Below, piece after piece: positions 14,368 to 27,172 of a DNA stretch of 64,000 nucleotides. The position numbers were made by a program, and so were the translations under genes. The notes under the pieces are model-generated. The model saw nothing but the letters and a program-made list of their open reading frames with translations. It did not search any database and was not told the DNA's origin. Within the stretch, counting starts at the first letter, position 1, and every line of letters begins with the position of its first letter. This stretch comes from Octopus vulgaris (taxonomy: Eukaryota): contig OX597822.1 of the NCBI GenBank assembly GCA_951406725.2, forward strand, positions 41,044,001-41,108,000, read 5' to 3'.

Positions 14368-15509
14368 TCTACTTCAGTCCAAAGGGCTTTTTAACCCCAT
14401 ATATACATTTTATTATTTATAGCTCTATATGCATCAAGTTTCACTGTTCCAAAACTGAATTATTCTACTCAAGTTTATTCTTATAATTAGCATGCATAGG
14501 TGGTATGTGTGTGTGTGTGTGTGTAAGTATAATGTTTATATGAGTGTATATAAACATTTACAATATATATATATATATGTATGTATATAATCATAAACAT
14601 CAATGAACACACACACATACCCATATTATATAAAATTGATACGCACATATATACACAAAAATGTTCATAAGTATGTGTGAGTATATATATTTACAAATGT
14701 GCATGTGTATTTATACATAACAGTTTATCTTTGTATAAGATAGACAAAAACAGGTATATTAAATATCAAAGGACATAGATTCTTCATTTATTAAAATCAT
14801 CTCCAGCTTGTCTCCTAACCAAGGGACTTGTGCAAATACAAAAAATATACAGAACCAATTTATAGTCCAGGTAATTAACATAATTAAACAAAAGCAGGCT
14901 AAGAGAAATAACACACGAGTAGCCAGTTGGTATATAGACAAATGCATGATTATCCAATACCATGCAATATAAATTCTGAATTTATTTCAATTGCCTACAG
15001 CTCTGGAGGACCTGCCACAACCAAATAGCAACTGACTCCATATGAGAAAGGGAGATTATCTCAAGAATCAAGTCTTTTCCAAAGTTGACATGATATTTGA
15101 AGACAAAGTTGACATGATATATATATATGTGTGTGCACATATATATATATATTTATATATATATATATACATAATTAAATAATATATGTATATGCCTATA
15201 TATACATATATTTTTATATACTTAAACATACATTTTTATACATATATATTCACACACATGTGCGCGTGCACACAAATACACACACACACACGGTGAGGCT
15301 AACATTGTTTCATACAACCTTGTATACTTTATATATTCTTCTCAGCCACATGCTTTTGGGTGCAGTACCATGGGCAGGTGTCTCCCACTGTAGCTTCGAT
15401 GTTACTAATGTCTTGAGAGAGGATTTGACAGATGGGAACAGAAACAAAGCCACCTCATACAAACATATAAATGAGCGTGTGTGTTTGTGTAGACTGGAGT
15501 CTGGTGCAG

Positions 15510-17030
15510 CCTTCCAGCTTGCAAGACCACTGCAGTCCCTCTTTCAGAGCTTCCTTTCAACCAGTAAACTTCCAAGCAAGCCGAAGGAGGGTAAAATATA
15601 CCTTATTCATAAAGGGCATAGCAGAGGCCAAAAACTACAGACCTATCTCTCTGACCTCGCCCATCAGCAAAGTCATGGAAAGAATTGTCAGAAGAAAATT
15701 AATCACCTTCCTTGAGGAAAATGATTTGCTGACTGATACCCAATATGGTTTCCTACAAGGAAGAAACAGCCTGACTCAGCTCTTACAACACACTATGACT
15801 GGGTGCTGAAACAGCTGCTCAAGAACTCAAATGTGAATGCGATATATCTCGACTTTGCAAAGGTCTTCGATAAAGTCAATCATGGAATGGTATGTCACAA
15901 ACTGCGTGATCTCAGCTTAGTAGCCAATGGGGCAACCTCAAATAACATGCGAATAGTGAGCGGCGTTCCACAAGGCACTGTTTTGGGATGACTACTGTTC
16001 ATAATGGCCCTCTCAGATATGCCCTCAGCAACACAGAAAGCCATGATCACAAGTGATGCAGATGATATAAAAATCTCACAGGTGATACAGAACCCTGAAG
16101 ATGCTATACACTTGCAATGCAAGTTGGATGAAATATACAAGTGGGCTAAAAAGGATAGCATGCAGTTTAATGCTGAAAGGTTTCGAGCCTTGTGCTATCA
16201 GCATGCAAAACTAAATGCAATACCAATTAAATTCACTGAACCTGAAGGGATTGCAATCTTAGAGACATAGTCAGTCTTTTGGGCATTTATATGAGTAATG
16301 ATGCATCCTTCTACGTGCATGTTGCTAAGGTGGCAATGAAATGTTGGTGGCTGACCAGATGGAGTCTTAGAACTTTTAGAACAAGAGATCAGGAAACCAT
16401 GATGATCCTCTGGAGGATACTTGTCCTAAACTGCTTTGACTATTGCTTCTACCTATGGTCACCAGCCAGTGTAAAATAAATTGAAGAACTTAAGTCAATC
16501 CAACAATGCTGCACAAAGAACATAGCTTCTATACATCATATAAGCTACTGGGAAAAACTCAAAAGAGATTGAGACTCTATTTCCTAGAGTGTTGGCAGGA
16601 AAGATATAACATAATATACATCTGGAAGATCCAAGAGTGACTTTTCCCAAACTTTGGCATTGAGAGTTACACTAATGCTAGAACTGGGTGCCACTGCATA
16701 GTGCCAAAGATTCCAAATTTGCCATCAAGACATAGGACAAGATATTGCAACAGCCTGGGCTTAAAAGGTCCACAGCTCTTCAATATCCTCTGAGAGAACC
16801 TGACAAACTTACATAGGGTAGATGTATGTGTCTTCAAAACGAAAATAAACCTCTTACTGTCAAATGTCCCAGTTGAACCTACTTCACAGAAGGAAGTGCA
16901 GATGAGGACAGCAACATCAAACTCCCATATGCACCAAATGTCAATTTCTAAAACGAATTAGTGAAATAAAATTATGTAGCACGCTAAATGGCAGTGCCCC
17001 CGCATGGCCACAGTCCATGAGCTGAACATG
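15510..17030 (+). mobile_element. 5'-truncated CR1-like LINE, reverse transcriptase pseudogene
   Basis: Frameshifted RT motifs NYRPISLTS, QYGF, YLDFAKVFDKVNH, SGVPQGTVLG, DADD (FADD), GPQLFNIL; internal deletion near 15915; 3' tail at ~16988-17030. Confidence 0.92.
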
Positions 17031-17451
17031 TATATATAAAAACACATATAGAGATATCTATCTATATATATATAGATAGATAGATAGATAGATAGATATG
17101 TACTCATATGCATATATATATGTATATCTTCATATATATATCTTCACATATATATATGTATGTATATCTTCATATATATATATATATATATCTTCACATA
17201 TTTATATATCTATCTATCTATATATATATATATCTTTTTATATATATAAATATATATTTTCATATATATAAATATATATCTTCATATATATAAATATGTA
17301 TCTTCATATATCTTTATATATATTATATATATATAAATATGTATCTTCATATGTATATATATATATATATCCTTATATATATATATATATCTTCATATGT
17401 ATATATATATTTATATATATATATATATATATATCTTCATATGTATATATA

Positions 17452-17511
<60 letters not shown>

Positions 17512-17810
17512 TATATATATATGTATATATATATCTTGATATATATATACATATGTATATTCATACATACATATATCTTCATATATATATATGTATATTC
17601 ATACATACATATATATATATATATCTTCACATATATATGTGTATATTCATACATGCATATATATATATATCTTCACATATATATGTGTATATTCATACAT
17701 GCATACATATATATATATATATTCATACATATAGACATATATATGTATATTCATACATATATTATATACATTCATATATATATCATTTTAAACTCAAATT
17801 CCCTTTAAAT

Positions 17811-17867
17811 GGCTCCAAAGAGGCTATACGATGTAAGTGCTTCTGATAGCAGAAACAGCTGCAAGCT
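17811..17867 (+). ncRNA. Degenerate hammerhead ribozyme motif
   Basis: ggct-CCAAAGA(CTGAAGA-like)-g-gctat...atagc-a-GAAAC-AGCT-GCA-agct; stems I and II pair, core mutated. Confidence 0.4.
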
Positions 17868-17989
17868 AATGAAAGCGATTATGTAACTCCTGTTCTTTTA
17901 TTATTCGTTAATTTACATTATTATTACTATGCTCAGCTTACTTTGTAACTTATGAAAAAAGTATGAGTGTACCCCCATGATTAAGCAAA

Positions 17990-18034
<45 letters not shown>

Positions 18035-18086
18035 CACATAGATGTACATTTATATACACGCATATATCCATATATACAGATGCATA

Positions 18087-18132
<46 letters not shown>

Positions 18133-19214
18133 TATACAGATGCATATTCATATATATATATATATTTGAATACTTATATATACATGCATTCATATACCTA
18201 AATACATGTATACAAATACATCTACATGTGTACATATATCTGTATACATAAATATACATATGTCCAAGTGTGCGTGTGTATTTTTATATAACTATATATT
18301 TGAATATTAATATTTGTGTATATAGACACATACACACACACACGTACGTTTCTGCGAATTTGTTTGTTTGTGTGTGTGCATTTTATAGTTCTGGGTTTCA
18401 ATATAAATATACAAGTATAAAGCTCAAAAATAAACATATATATGCCTATATCCAGTCCATATATCGCAACAAATTTATATACACGTATTCTTAATAACAC
18501 AAGTATATACCTACGTATACATCTTGTGCGTGAATAGGTCGACTTCGCCTATATACATAGATATAAACATACAATATATACGTGAACTTACCACCGCGCG
18601 CCTGCTACTAGCAGGCATGGCTTTGTGGTCAAGACGTTCGATTTGAACCACGTGGTTCAGAGTTCGGACTCACAGTGAACCAGTCTGAGCACGTGTCTTG
18701 TGTAGCCACTAACTGACCAGCTTCTTGTCAATGATCAATGAGAGCGACTGTGCTGAAGAAAACCGTCTCGTCTGTACTTAACTCTCTATGTATATCTGTC
18801 TGTGTGTGTGTGTATGTGTGTGGTAACTTTCTGATCGGAAAAATCAATTTACGATTTTAATGAAAATTTCTGTAACCGAAAAAACCTACCCTCTGTTTGT
18901 TGTTATTGTTTATGTTTTATTTCTTGATCCTGTGACAAAGCAGTTCGACAAGAATAATCGGCAAAGGCAGTTGTAGATATGTACTAAACATGACACTAAA
19001 AACCACTGAAAGCGGTGCTCCAGTATGGCCGCATTCTAACTGCTATACACACACACAACACACACGTTTGACATGTGTGTGTGTGTTTTTCCCTGAAACC
19101 ATTCACATGACATACGCGTGCGCGCACACACGTGTGTATACATACACACATACATACATGTATATATATACATGTTTATAATGCAGTAACAATAAATATG
19201 TAGTATTTACTTAC

Positions 19215-19443
19215 CATGAAATACGTCCATTAAAACATACAGAGCATATCTTGTGTGTATCTCGAACCAATCGTAATAGTATGAGTGCCAATAATGTTTT
19301 TGGTAGGTGTAACAGTACGGGCAGTATGATGCTGTGTTGTATGTCCAGGTAGATTATTATCAACACCACACCTGCCTTTAGTATTGTCCAAATCTTGCCA
19401 TTTATCCATATGTAGTAGTGAAGAAAAGTGGCCACAGACAGCA
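19215..19443 (-). other. Candidate 229-nt exon of a minus-strand gene, ending in ATG|GTAAGT
   Basis: Acceptor ttgatttttcAG and perfect donor GTAAGT flank unique, non-repetitive sequence. Confidence 0.45.
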
Positions 19444-21305
19444 CTGAAAAATCAACGATGCTTTGTCTCCAGAAATATAATCATTCCTTACTTTTTATCA
19501 GGCTATATACACATATGCACAACAATATAATATAACCGTTGGTTATCTTACATATCTGCGTATATGTGCGTTAAATATATATATATATCAATATATATAT
19601 ATATATATAGAAATATATAAGTGCAGCAGATATATGTGTGTGTTGTAGGAAAGTAAAGAGAAATACTATTTCCTTGTTGTCATTCTCTTCTGTTGTGTTG
19701 GTTTGTCTTCACAGCGGTTGTGTGTTTTATTGTGCGGCTGGCTGTTGTCGCTTGTTCTTCTTGTACACACACGCACACACAACTAAAATCCAATATACAC
19801 AAACTTCTATGTGTATGCGCCAGTGAGTGTGTCTAAATACACATGTACATATACATACATATATATATATATATAAATACAGCAGTGCTTGTTTGTGGTG
19901 GTGGTGGTGGTGGTGAGTGCTCGGTTGGCAGGAAAGCCGGCGACGGACTGCCGACAAGAGGGGAGAGAGAGAGAGAGAGGGAGATAAATAGACAGAGAGA
20001 GAGAGGGGGTGCAGATTAAATAGATAGATGAATGAATGTATGTGAAAGAAGGTGAGACGGAGAAGACAAACCTGTGTGTATGAAGAAGTTGTTGTTGTTT
20101 GTTCTAGTGAAGACTGGAGTGGTTAGAGGTGGTGGTGGTGATGGTGGTGGTGGTGGTTGCGGTGGTAATAGTAGTGGGTGACGAGATCTAACGAGATCTT
20201 GGCTGAGACATGACGAGAGTTTAAACAGCAGAAGACACAACAAGACGTAGAGGTTGGTTTAGAAGGAGAGGTGAAGGATGAGGAGGAGGAGTTAGTGGTG
20301 TGAGGAGAAATGGTGGCAGGTAGAGGTCGTTGTGTATGGTGGTAGGAGGAGTAATGTAAAGTGACTGCCTCTTCACTCTCCCCTACATGGAGCTGTCTGT
20401 GTTTAGCTGTATATGTTTGTGTATGGTTGCTCTTCTACATAGAGCTGTGTGTGTGCATATATATTTGTATATAAGCATGTGTATATTTGCGTGTGTGCTT
20501 GCTTCCCTACATATAGTTGCGTGTATATAGCTCTACCAGTTTATAAGTATATGTACGTATATTTATGTGTGTGTAGGCTTGTTGTTTCACATGTAGCTGT
20601 ATGTATGTATATCTTTATATATAAGTATATGTATGTATATATTTTTATGTATGTGGTTGGAGCTGTGTATATTTTTAAATGTTTGTGTGTGCTTTCCCGT
20701 CTACATATAGTTGTGTATATATCTATGTCTACACATATATGTATGATTATTTGTGTGGGTGCTTACTTTCCAGCATAAAAACTGTGTATATATTTGTGTA
20801 TAGATATTTGTATATTTATATATTTGTGTTTGTGTTTGTTTTCCTGCAAATGGTTGTGTTTATATATCTCAGTACATAAGTATATGTATGTACATTTGTG
20901 CGAATGTGTGTGTGCGTTTTCCTGCATATAACCGTTTGTATACATCTCTGTATGAATTGTATATGTGTGTGTGTGCTTGATTTCCTGCATGTAGCTGAGT
21001 TGTGTATATACATATGTATATACACAACTCAAAGTGTGTTTACTTTTCCTACATATAACCGTGCATGCATGTATCCATGTCTATGTAAGTATATGTATGT
21101 CTGTGTGAACTTGCTCTTTGGTATACAGCTGTGTATGTGTATGTATGTATGTTTGTATGTATGTATGCATGTATGTATGTATGCTTATGCTCTTGTATAT
21201 ACGTGTTGTTCCTCTCCAGGATATAGCTGTGCTTATGTGTGTGTGTATATGATAGATCGCTAGCTCCTACACGCATTTTTTTCTCTCCTTGTTTTTTTCT
21301 GTGTA

Positions 21306-21343
21306 TCTTTCTGTCGAAGAGCGTAGGCTCGAAACGTAAAAGA
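21306..21343 (+). ncRNA. Minimal hammerhead ribozyme motif (one core substitution)
   Basis: TCTTT-CTGTCGAA-GAGC gtag GCTC-GAAAC-GTA-AAAGA: perfect 5-bp stem I and 4-bp stem II; A6 changed to T. Confidence 0.65.
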
Positions 21344-21756
21344 CTTTTTCTATTCCTGAGCGCTATACTAATACATTTGTATGATTGTACACCACCTGCC
21401 TTCGTCTTTTGTTTATTTTCGTAAACTTTCCTTTTATATATATGTATATATATATATATATATTTATAAAGAGAGAGGGAGATAAAGATAGATATGGCCG
21501 ATCTATGATGTTACCCTGTGTTTCACGTCTATTTAGCACTTAGTTTTACAGTTCTTCATACCCTAAAACCCGTTGGCTTGTGGCCTCTGGCAAAGAGGGG
21601 CCACAGGTATGAAGAAATGCTGTGAAACTAATCGCTATATGGTCATGAAACTCAGAGTAATCCCATAGACAGGCCATATTTATCTTTATCTATATACTCT
21701 CCTGCTCTATAACCTTGAGTGTGCTTCTCTTCTGGATTTATGATTTACGGAAGATT

Positions 21757-21844
<88 letters not shown>

Positions 21845-21874
21845 CAGAGAGGCAGGCAGACAGACAGATAGAGG

Positions 21875-21956
<82 letters not shown>

Positions 21957-21978
21957 TGGATATAGATATATATATATA

Positions 21979-22841
21979 CAGGGTGCAGTAAATAAACTGT
22001 CGTCTAAATATCTGTTAAAATGAAAATAACAGATATATTTACCAGAATTATATCAAAATATCTTGAAATACTAAAGAGTAAATTTATTCAGTAAAATCGC
22101 CATTGGCTTTAGCCACGGCGTCCAGACGACTTCAGAATCTCATACAGCTCTTCTGGACGGTCTCCTTGTTTAAGTTGGTGAATGCTGCCATAATCCTTGC
22201 CTTCAGTTCATTTTGCTGTTACAAGGAGTTTTATTGGTCTCTCGCTCAACTGCGCCCCACACATAATAATCAAGAGGGTTGCACTGTGGAGAGTTGGGTG
22301 GCCAGATGTTAGGGGTGATGTGGTCGCAGAAATTGTCAGACAGCCATGACTGGGTTCTCCAGCTTGTGTGGGCATGGTACAGAGTCCTATTGCTAGATAT
22401 TAGGCCTTCTAGCAGCCACCCTCTTCACCCAGAGCAGCACTATCTCCTCCAGGCTCCGCATTGAATGTGATGTAGGCCTCCGCGTTGTATGTGAGATCGT
22501 GTGGGAAGATGAATGGAGGCATAACGTCGACATCACATGTAATCACTCCAAACACCATGATGTTGACTGGATGTTTGATTTTTATCACTCTCGGTACATG
22601 TCCCCAGATTGACACCCAAACACTCTGAAATGTTCGTACTGGAGCTTCCGGCGCAAATGCCAAGTAGTACAGCATGTCGTTTCCAAATTTCTAGCAGAGT
22701 GAATTGGGTCATAGTGTTGTTTGTCTCACAGACGGTGCCCGAGCGACCCAACTATGCTGTGTTAGTGCAAAATCAAAAACATACAATGCACATGCGTGAA
22801 ATTAAAAATATAAATGGCGACAGTTTACCCATCGCAGTCTA
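21979..22841 (-). mobile_element. Internally deleted Tc1/mariner-superfamily transposon (DD37D/maT-like)
   Basis: Imperfect 26-bp TIRs (cagggtgcagtaaataaactgtcgtc / ggcgacagtttacccatcgcagtcta) at TA sites; minus-strand motifs KHPVNIMVFGVIT, MPPFIFP, WPPNSPQCNPLDYYVWG with stops and frameshifts. Confidence 0.88.
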
Positions 22842-23039
22842 TATATATTTATAAGAACACAAAAGGGGCTTGAATTTACTACAACTGTTTCAGTAGAACT
22901 TTATTGATGCATTCACAGATTACATCATGTACCTTGCCATTTCTGGCATCCTAAGTGTTGATGTGCCTTGATTCTGATGAATGCTATAACTAATCTATAT
23001 ATATGTATATACTGTATATATACATATATGTGTATTTAC

Positions 23040-23102
<63 letters not shown>

Positions 23103-23129
23103 CATCTATCTATATATATATATATATAT

Positions 23130-23662
23130 ATCGAGACTTCCGCTACTGTCTTTTCTAGCCTAACCTTCTCGAGGTGTGGACGGCAATTCTTTTTGCTCCG
23201 TTCGTCGTTCACAGAAATCAGCGTTCGTAATACTTTTTTTCGTTCGGCGTTAACAGCCCTTCTTATCTTGTTTTTCCTTGTCCTGTCTTTTACTGCTTAT
23301 ATTTTGTACTGTCGTTACTGTCCTGTTTTTGTTACCATTTTTACCCCTCTGCGAAAAGATCTCAAATTTTAATTGATTTGCTTTTCGCAGGAAGGAAAGT
23401 TTCTTATCGCCTTCACCTTCGAAACGTAGATTAGATGAAACCATGGCGACTGAAGAAGGGTTTTTTTCTTTGTGTTAATTGTCCTGTACTCTATTTATTT
23501 GTTGTTTAAAAAAATGTCCAGTTCCTTGGGTTTGTGTCTATGTTTTCGTTTCTCATTGTATTCGACGTTTTCTTGGTGTCCTGTACTCATATGTGCGTGT
23601 ATATATACATGTAGAGGTAGGTACGTACATATATGTATATATATTTGCATATGTTTTATTTA

Positions 23663-23665
<3 letters not shown>
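23130..23665 (+). repeat. Interspersed repeat family P, long copy
   Basis: Colinear with 54660-55210 and inverted relative to 51050-51200 and 51575-51800. Confidence 0.7.
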
Positions 23666-23731
<66 letters not shown>

Positions 23732-23779
23732 GTATTTATATATGTATATATATACAGACAGACAGGCAGATGAGGAGGC

Positions 23780-23835
<56 letters not shown>

Positions 23836-23860
23836 GGATGGATGGATGGATGGATGGATG

Positions 23861-23908
<48 letters not shown>

Positions 23909-24255
23909 TACAGACAGACAGACAGACAGACAGACAGGCAGACAGACAGACAGACAGACAGACAGGCAGGCAGATAAATAGATAGACAGACAGAAAGACA
24001 GACCGATAGATAGACAAATCCATAGATAGATACACAAACATATGTATAGTTTCAGTCGTTAGACTGCGGCCCTGCTGGGGCACCACCTTGAAGGATTGTT
24101 AGTTGAATGAATCAACCCTAGTGTTTATTTTTATTCCTTTTTTTAAATTTGGTTACTTACTCAACCAGGCTCCTTTGCGAAATTGCTAAGTTATGGTGAC
24201 ATAAACATGCCAACACTCGTTGTCAAGCAGTGGTCGGGAAGAAACAATGGCTCAC

Positions 24256-24321
<66 letters not shown>

Positions 24322-24418
24322 ATACACTCACACATATACATACACATCCATGCGAAACTGTTGGTCAGTCTATAACCGGACGTAGACTTAACTATATGTA
24401 AAAATATATATAGATATG

Positions 24419-24490
<72 letters not shown>

Positions 24491-24516
24491 TAGATAGATA
24501 GATATGCATGCACACT

Positions 24517-24567
<51 letters not shown>

Positions 24568-24619
24568 ACATGCACACACATATATACATATCTATATATT
24601 TTTTATACGTAGTTAAATC

Positions 24620-25430
24620 TATGTCCAGTCATAGAATGACCAATGGTTTCGCATCCACAAAGGGCTTAGCCCTGTGGATGGCTCCTTAGACTCTGAAGCC
24701 GAAGACAAACGTAACTCTTCATCTCTAGAAGGCGGGAATCTGTTACGGTAAGTTACCAAAGAATAAAGATTCCAGGTCGGCGAGGACGGGAGATCTCCTT
24801 TGGACCAGTTACTCTGGACCAAAATAGGGGGAATGGGGAATATTTCCCTTGGGTTGCTTTTAGTTCATAAGGACCTTTCCGGGTCTAATCGGAGAAGAGG
24901 GAATCCCGTGTTTGCAACAGGTAGCGTTTGAGATAGATGCAGGGTCTGTAAATTTCCTAGCGAGTATTCAGTGGTCCAGGTTTCAGCGCGTCTTTGAGGG
25001 TCCTTGTTCGCTCAGCTATACAAAGCTTGAGCGTCCGCTCCCATTAATGAAGGGCCCCAGCCACTCAATGATCCTCCATCTGATATTATATAGAGCTCCT
25101 CCTTCATCTTTCAGGCACCGTACAACGCTGGCTAGGGATGCGATGAATCGCCTTTTCGGAATCCTGAAAGAAGACCTGTGGTTATACAAGTGTCACTTGA
25201 AGGCCGCCCCAACAGACCCGATATATTTCCAGGCTTGGGTATTGGTTGTACTCACATTTCTGGCGCATCTTCGGTTGACTCTGAGCCTGGAGATGTTGTT
25301 GCCGCTGGTATTGATGGAGCTGCCATCGGTGCTGTCATCATCACGAAGTGCGGGTCTGGCGATATCGCTGTGGCTGTTATCGTTCTGGTGGTCATCTATG
25401 GCCGTGACGTTGGCGCTACTGTCACCGATA
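24620..25430 (-). mobile_element. Penelope-like retroelement remnant (GIY-YIG endonuclease)
   Basis: Minus-strand NVSTTNTQAWKYIGSVGAAFK*HLYNHRSSF...WRII...KLCIAE...LNTR*EIYRPC fits the PLE GIY-YIG C-terminus; hammerhead just downstream. Confidence 0.8.
24633..24694 (-). ncRNA. Type-I hammerhead ribozyme motif in Penelope terminus
   Basis: AGAGT-CTAAGGA-gccatccacaggg ctaag ccctttgtggatgc-GAAA-CC ATT GG-TC-ATTCT: all three stems and GUC site present; G5 changed to A. Confidence 0.72.
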
Positions 25431-25434
25431 GATT

Positions 25435-25625
25435 GTGTGTCTGTGTTTGTTTCCTCAACATCGCTTGACAAGCGATGCTGGTGTGTTTACGTCCCCGTAA
25501 CTAGCGGTTCGGCAAAGGAGACCGATAGAATAAATACTAGGCTTACAAAGAATAAGTCCTGGGGTCGATTTTATCGACTAAAGGCGTGCAGTCAAACGAC
25601 TGAAACAAATAAGAAGAGTAAAAGA
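25435..25625 (+). mobile_element. SINE family 1, 3' half
   Basis: catcgcttgacaagcgatgctggtgtgtttacgtccccgtaac...gactgaaacaa. Confidence 0.8.
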
Positions 25626-26024
25626 GAGAGAGTAAAGACCATGCACATATTTAGATGTGCAACTATTTGTATGAGTATACATACATAAAACAAAACATTC
25701 AAATCTGCACGTGCATTGGTGCCAGATACTTGCATATATATACACACACAAACATGCACAATGGGCCTTGTATGAAAGATCCTTGTATTAGGGAAAATTT
25801 ACGTGTTTCCCACCAAACAGAAAAAAACTAAAAGCAAACAGTTACTAACACAGTTGTTACATTGGAATGAGAAGTACAATATCTTGGACAAGATAAGAAT
25901 GTCTGGTATGATGTTGTTAAAGAGAGAGGAAAAGGAAAAGATACTCTGAGAGAGTAAATAAAATATGTTGATCAGAACTTTTAGCCTACAATAACCATAT
26001 CGTTCACATTATCTTTATAGTCTC

Positions 26025-27172
26025 AAGGCGGCGAGCTGACAGAAACGTTAGCACGTCGGGCGAAATGCTTAGCGACTTTGCCTTTCATCTTTTCGGGGTC
26101 GATAAATTAAGTACTATTTTCGCACTGGGGTCGATGTAATCGGCTTAATCCGTTTGTTTGCCCTTGTTTATCCCCTCTGTGTTTAGCCCCTTGTGGGTCG
26201 TAAAGAAATAGGTATTGCGTCTGCCGTTACGTTCTGATTTCAAATTCCGCCGAAGTTGACTTTGCTTTCATCCTTTCGGGGTCGATAAATTAAGCACCAG
26301 TTGCGTACTAGGGTCGATATAATCGACTGGCCCTCTCCCCCAAATATTTGGGCCTTGTGCCTAGAGTAGAAAAGAAAAGCGACGAGCTAGCAGAAAGTTA
26401 GCACGCCAAGTGAAATGCTTACAGGTCTTTCGTCTGCCACTAAGTTCTGGGTAAAAATTCCGCCGAGGTCGACTTTGCTTTTCATCCTTTCGGGGTCGAT
26501 TTAAAAAGTAGCAGTTACCCACTGGGGTCGATATAATCGACTTAGCCCGTTTGTCTGTCCTTGTTTGTCCTCTCTGTGTTTAGCCCCTTGTGGGTAGTAA
26601 AGAAATAGGTATTTCGTCTGTCTTTATGTTCTGAGTTCAAATTTCGCCGAGGTCGACTTTGCCGTTCATCCTTTCGGGATCGATTAAATAAGTACCAGTT
26701 ACGCACTGGGGTCGATATAATCGACTTAATCCGTTTGTCTGTCCTTGTTTGTCCCTTCTGTGTTTAGTCCCTTGTGAGTAGTAAAGAAATAGGCATTTCG
26801 TCTGTCTTGACGTTCTGAGTTCAAATTCCGCCGATATCAACTTTGCCTTTCATCCTTTCGGGGTCGATAAATTAAGTACCAGTTGCGTACTAGGGTCGAT
26901 CTAATCAACTGGCCCCCTCCCCCAGATTTTCGGGCCATGTGCCTAGAGTAGAAAAGAAAAGCGACAAGCTGGGAGAAACGTTAGCACGCCAGGCGAATTG
27001 CTCAGCGGTATTTCGTCTGCCGCTACATTCTGAGTTCAAATTCTGCCGAGGTCGACTTTGCCTTTCATTTTTTCGGGGTCGATAAATTAAGTATCAGTTG
27101 CGTACTGGGGTCGATATAATCGACTGGCGCTCTTCCCCAAAAATTTCGGGCCTTGGGCCTAGAATAGAAAAG
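26025..27172 (+). mobile_element. Head-to-tail array of three SINE family 2 copies with about 6 central modules
   Basis: Heads at ~26025, ~26377 and ~26959; repeated gtcgactttgcctttcatcctttcggggtcgat modules; units end ggccttgtgcctagagtagaaaagaa. Confidence 0.88.

Noticed and set aside
14759-14947. Hydrophobic 62-aa ORF resembling a membrane peptide
   Set aside because: Explained by T-rich composition; no splice signals or recognisable motif
22875-22960. Minus-strand hammerhead (CTTAGGA...GAAACAGTTGTA)
   Set aside because: Core and stem II too degenerate to support
24912-25688. 258-aa plus-strand ORF
   Set aside because: Antisense to a Penelope-like relic and runs into a SINE
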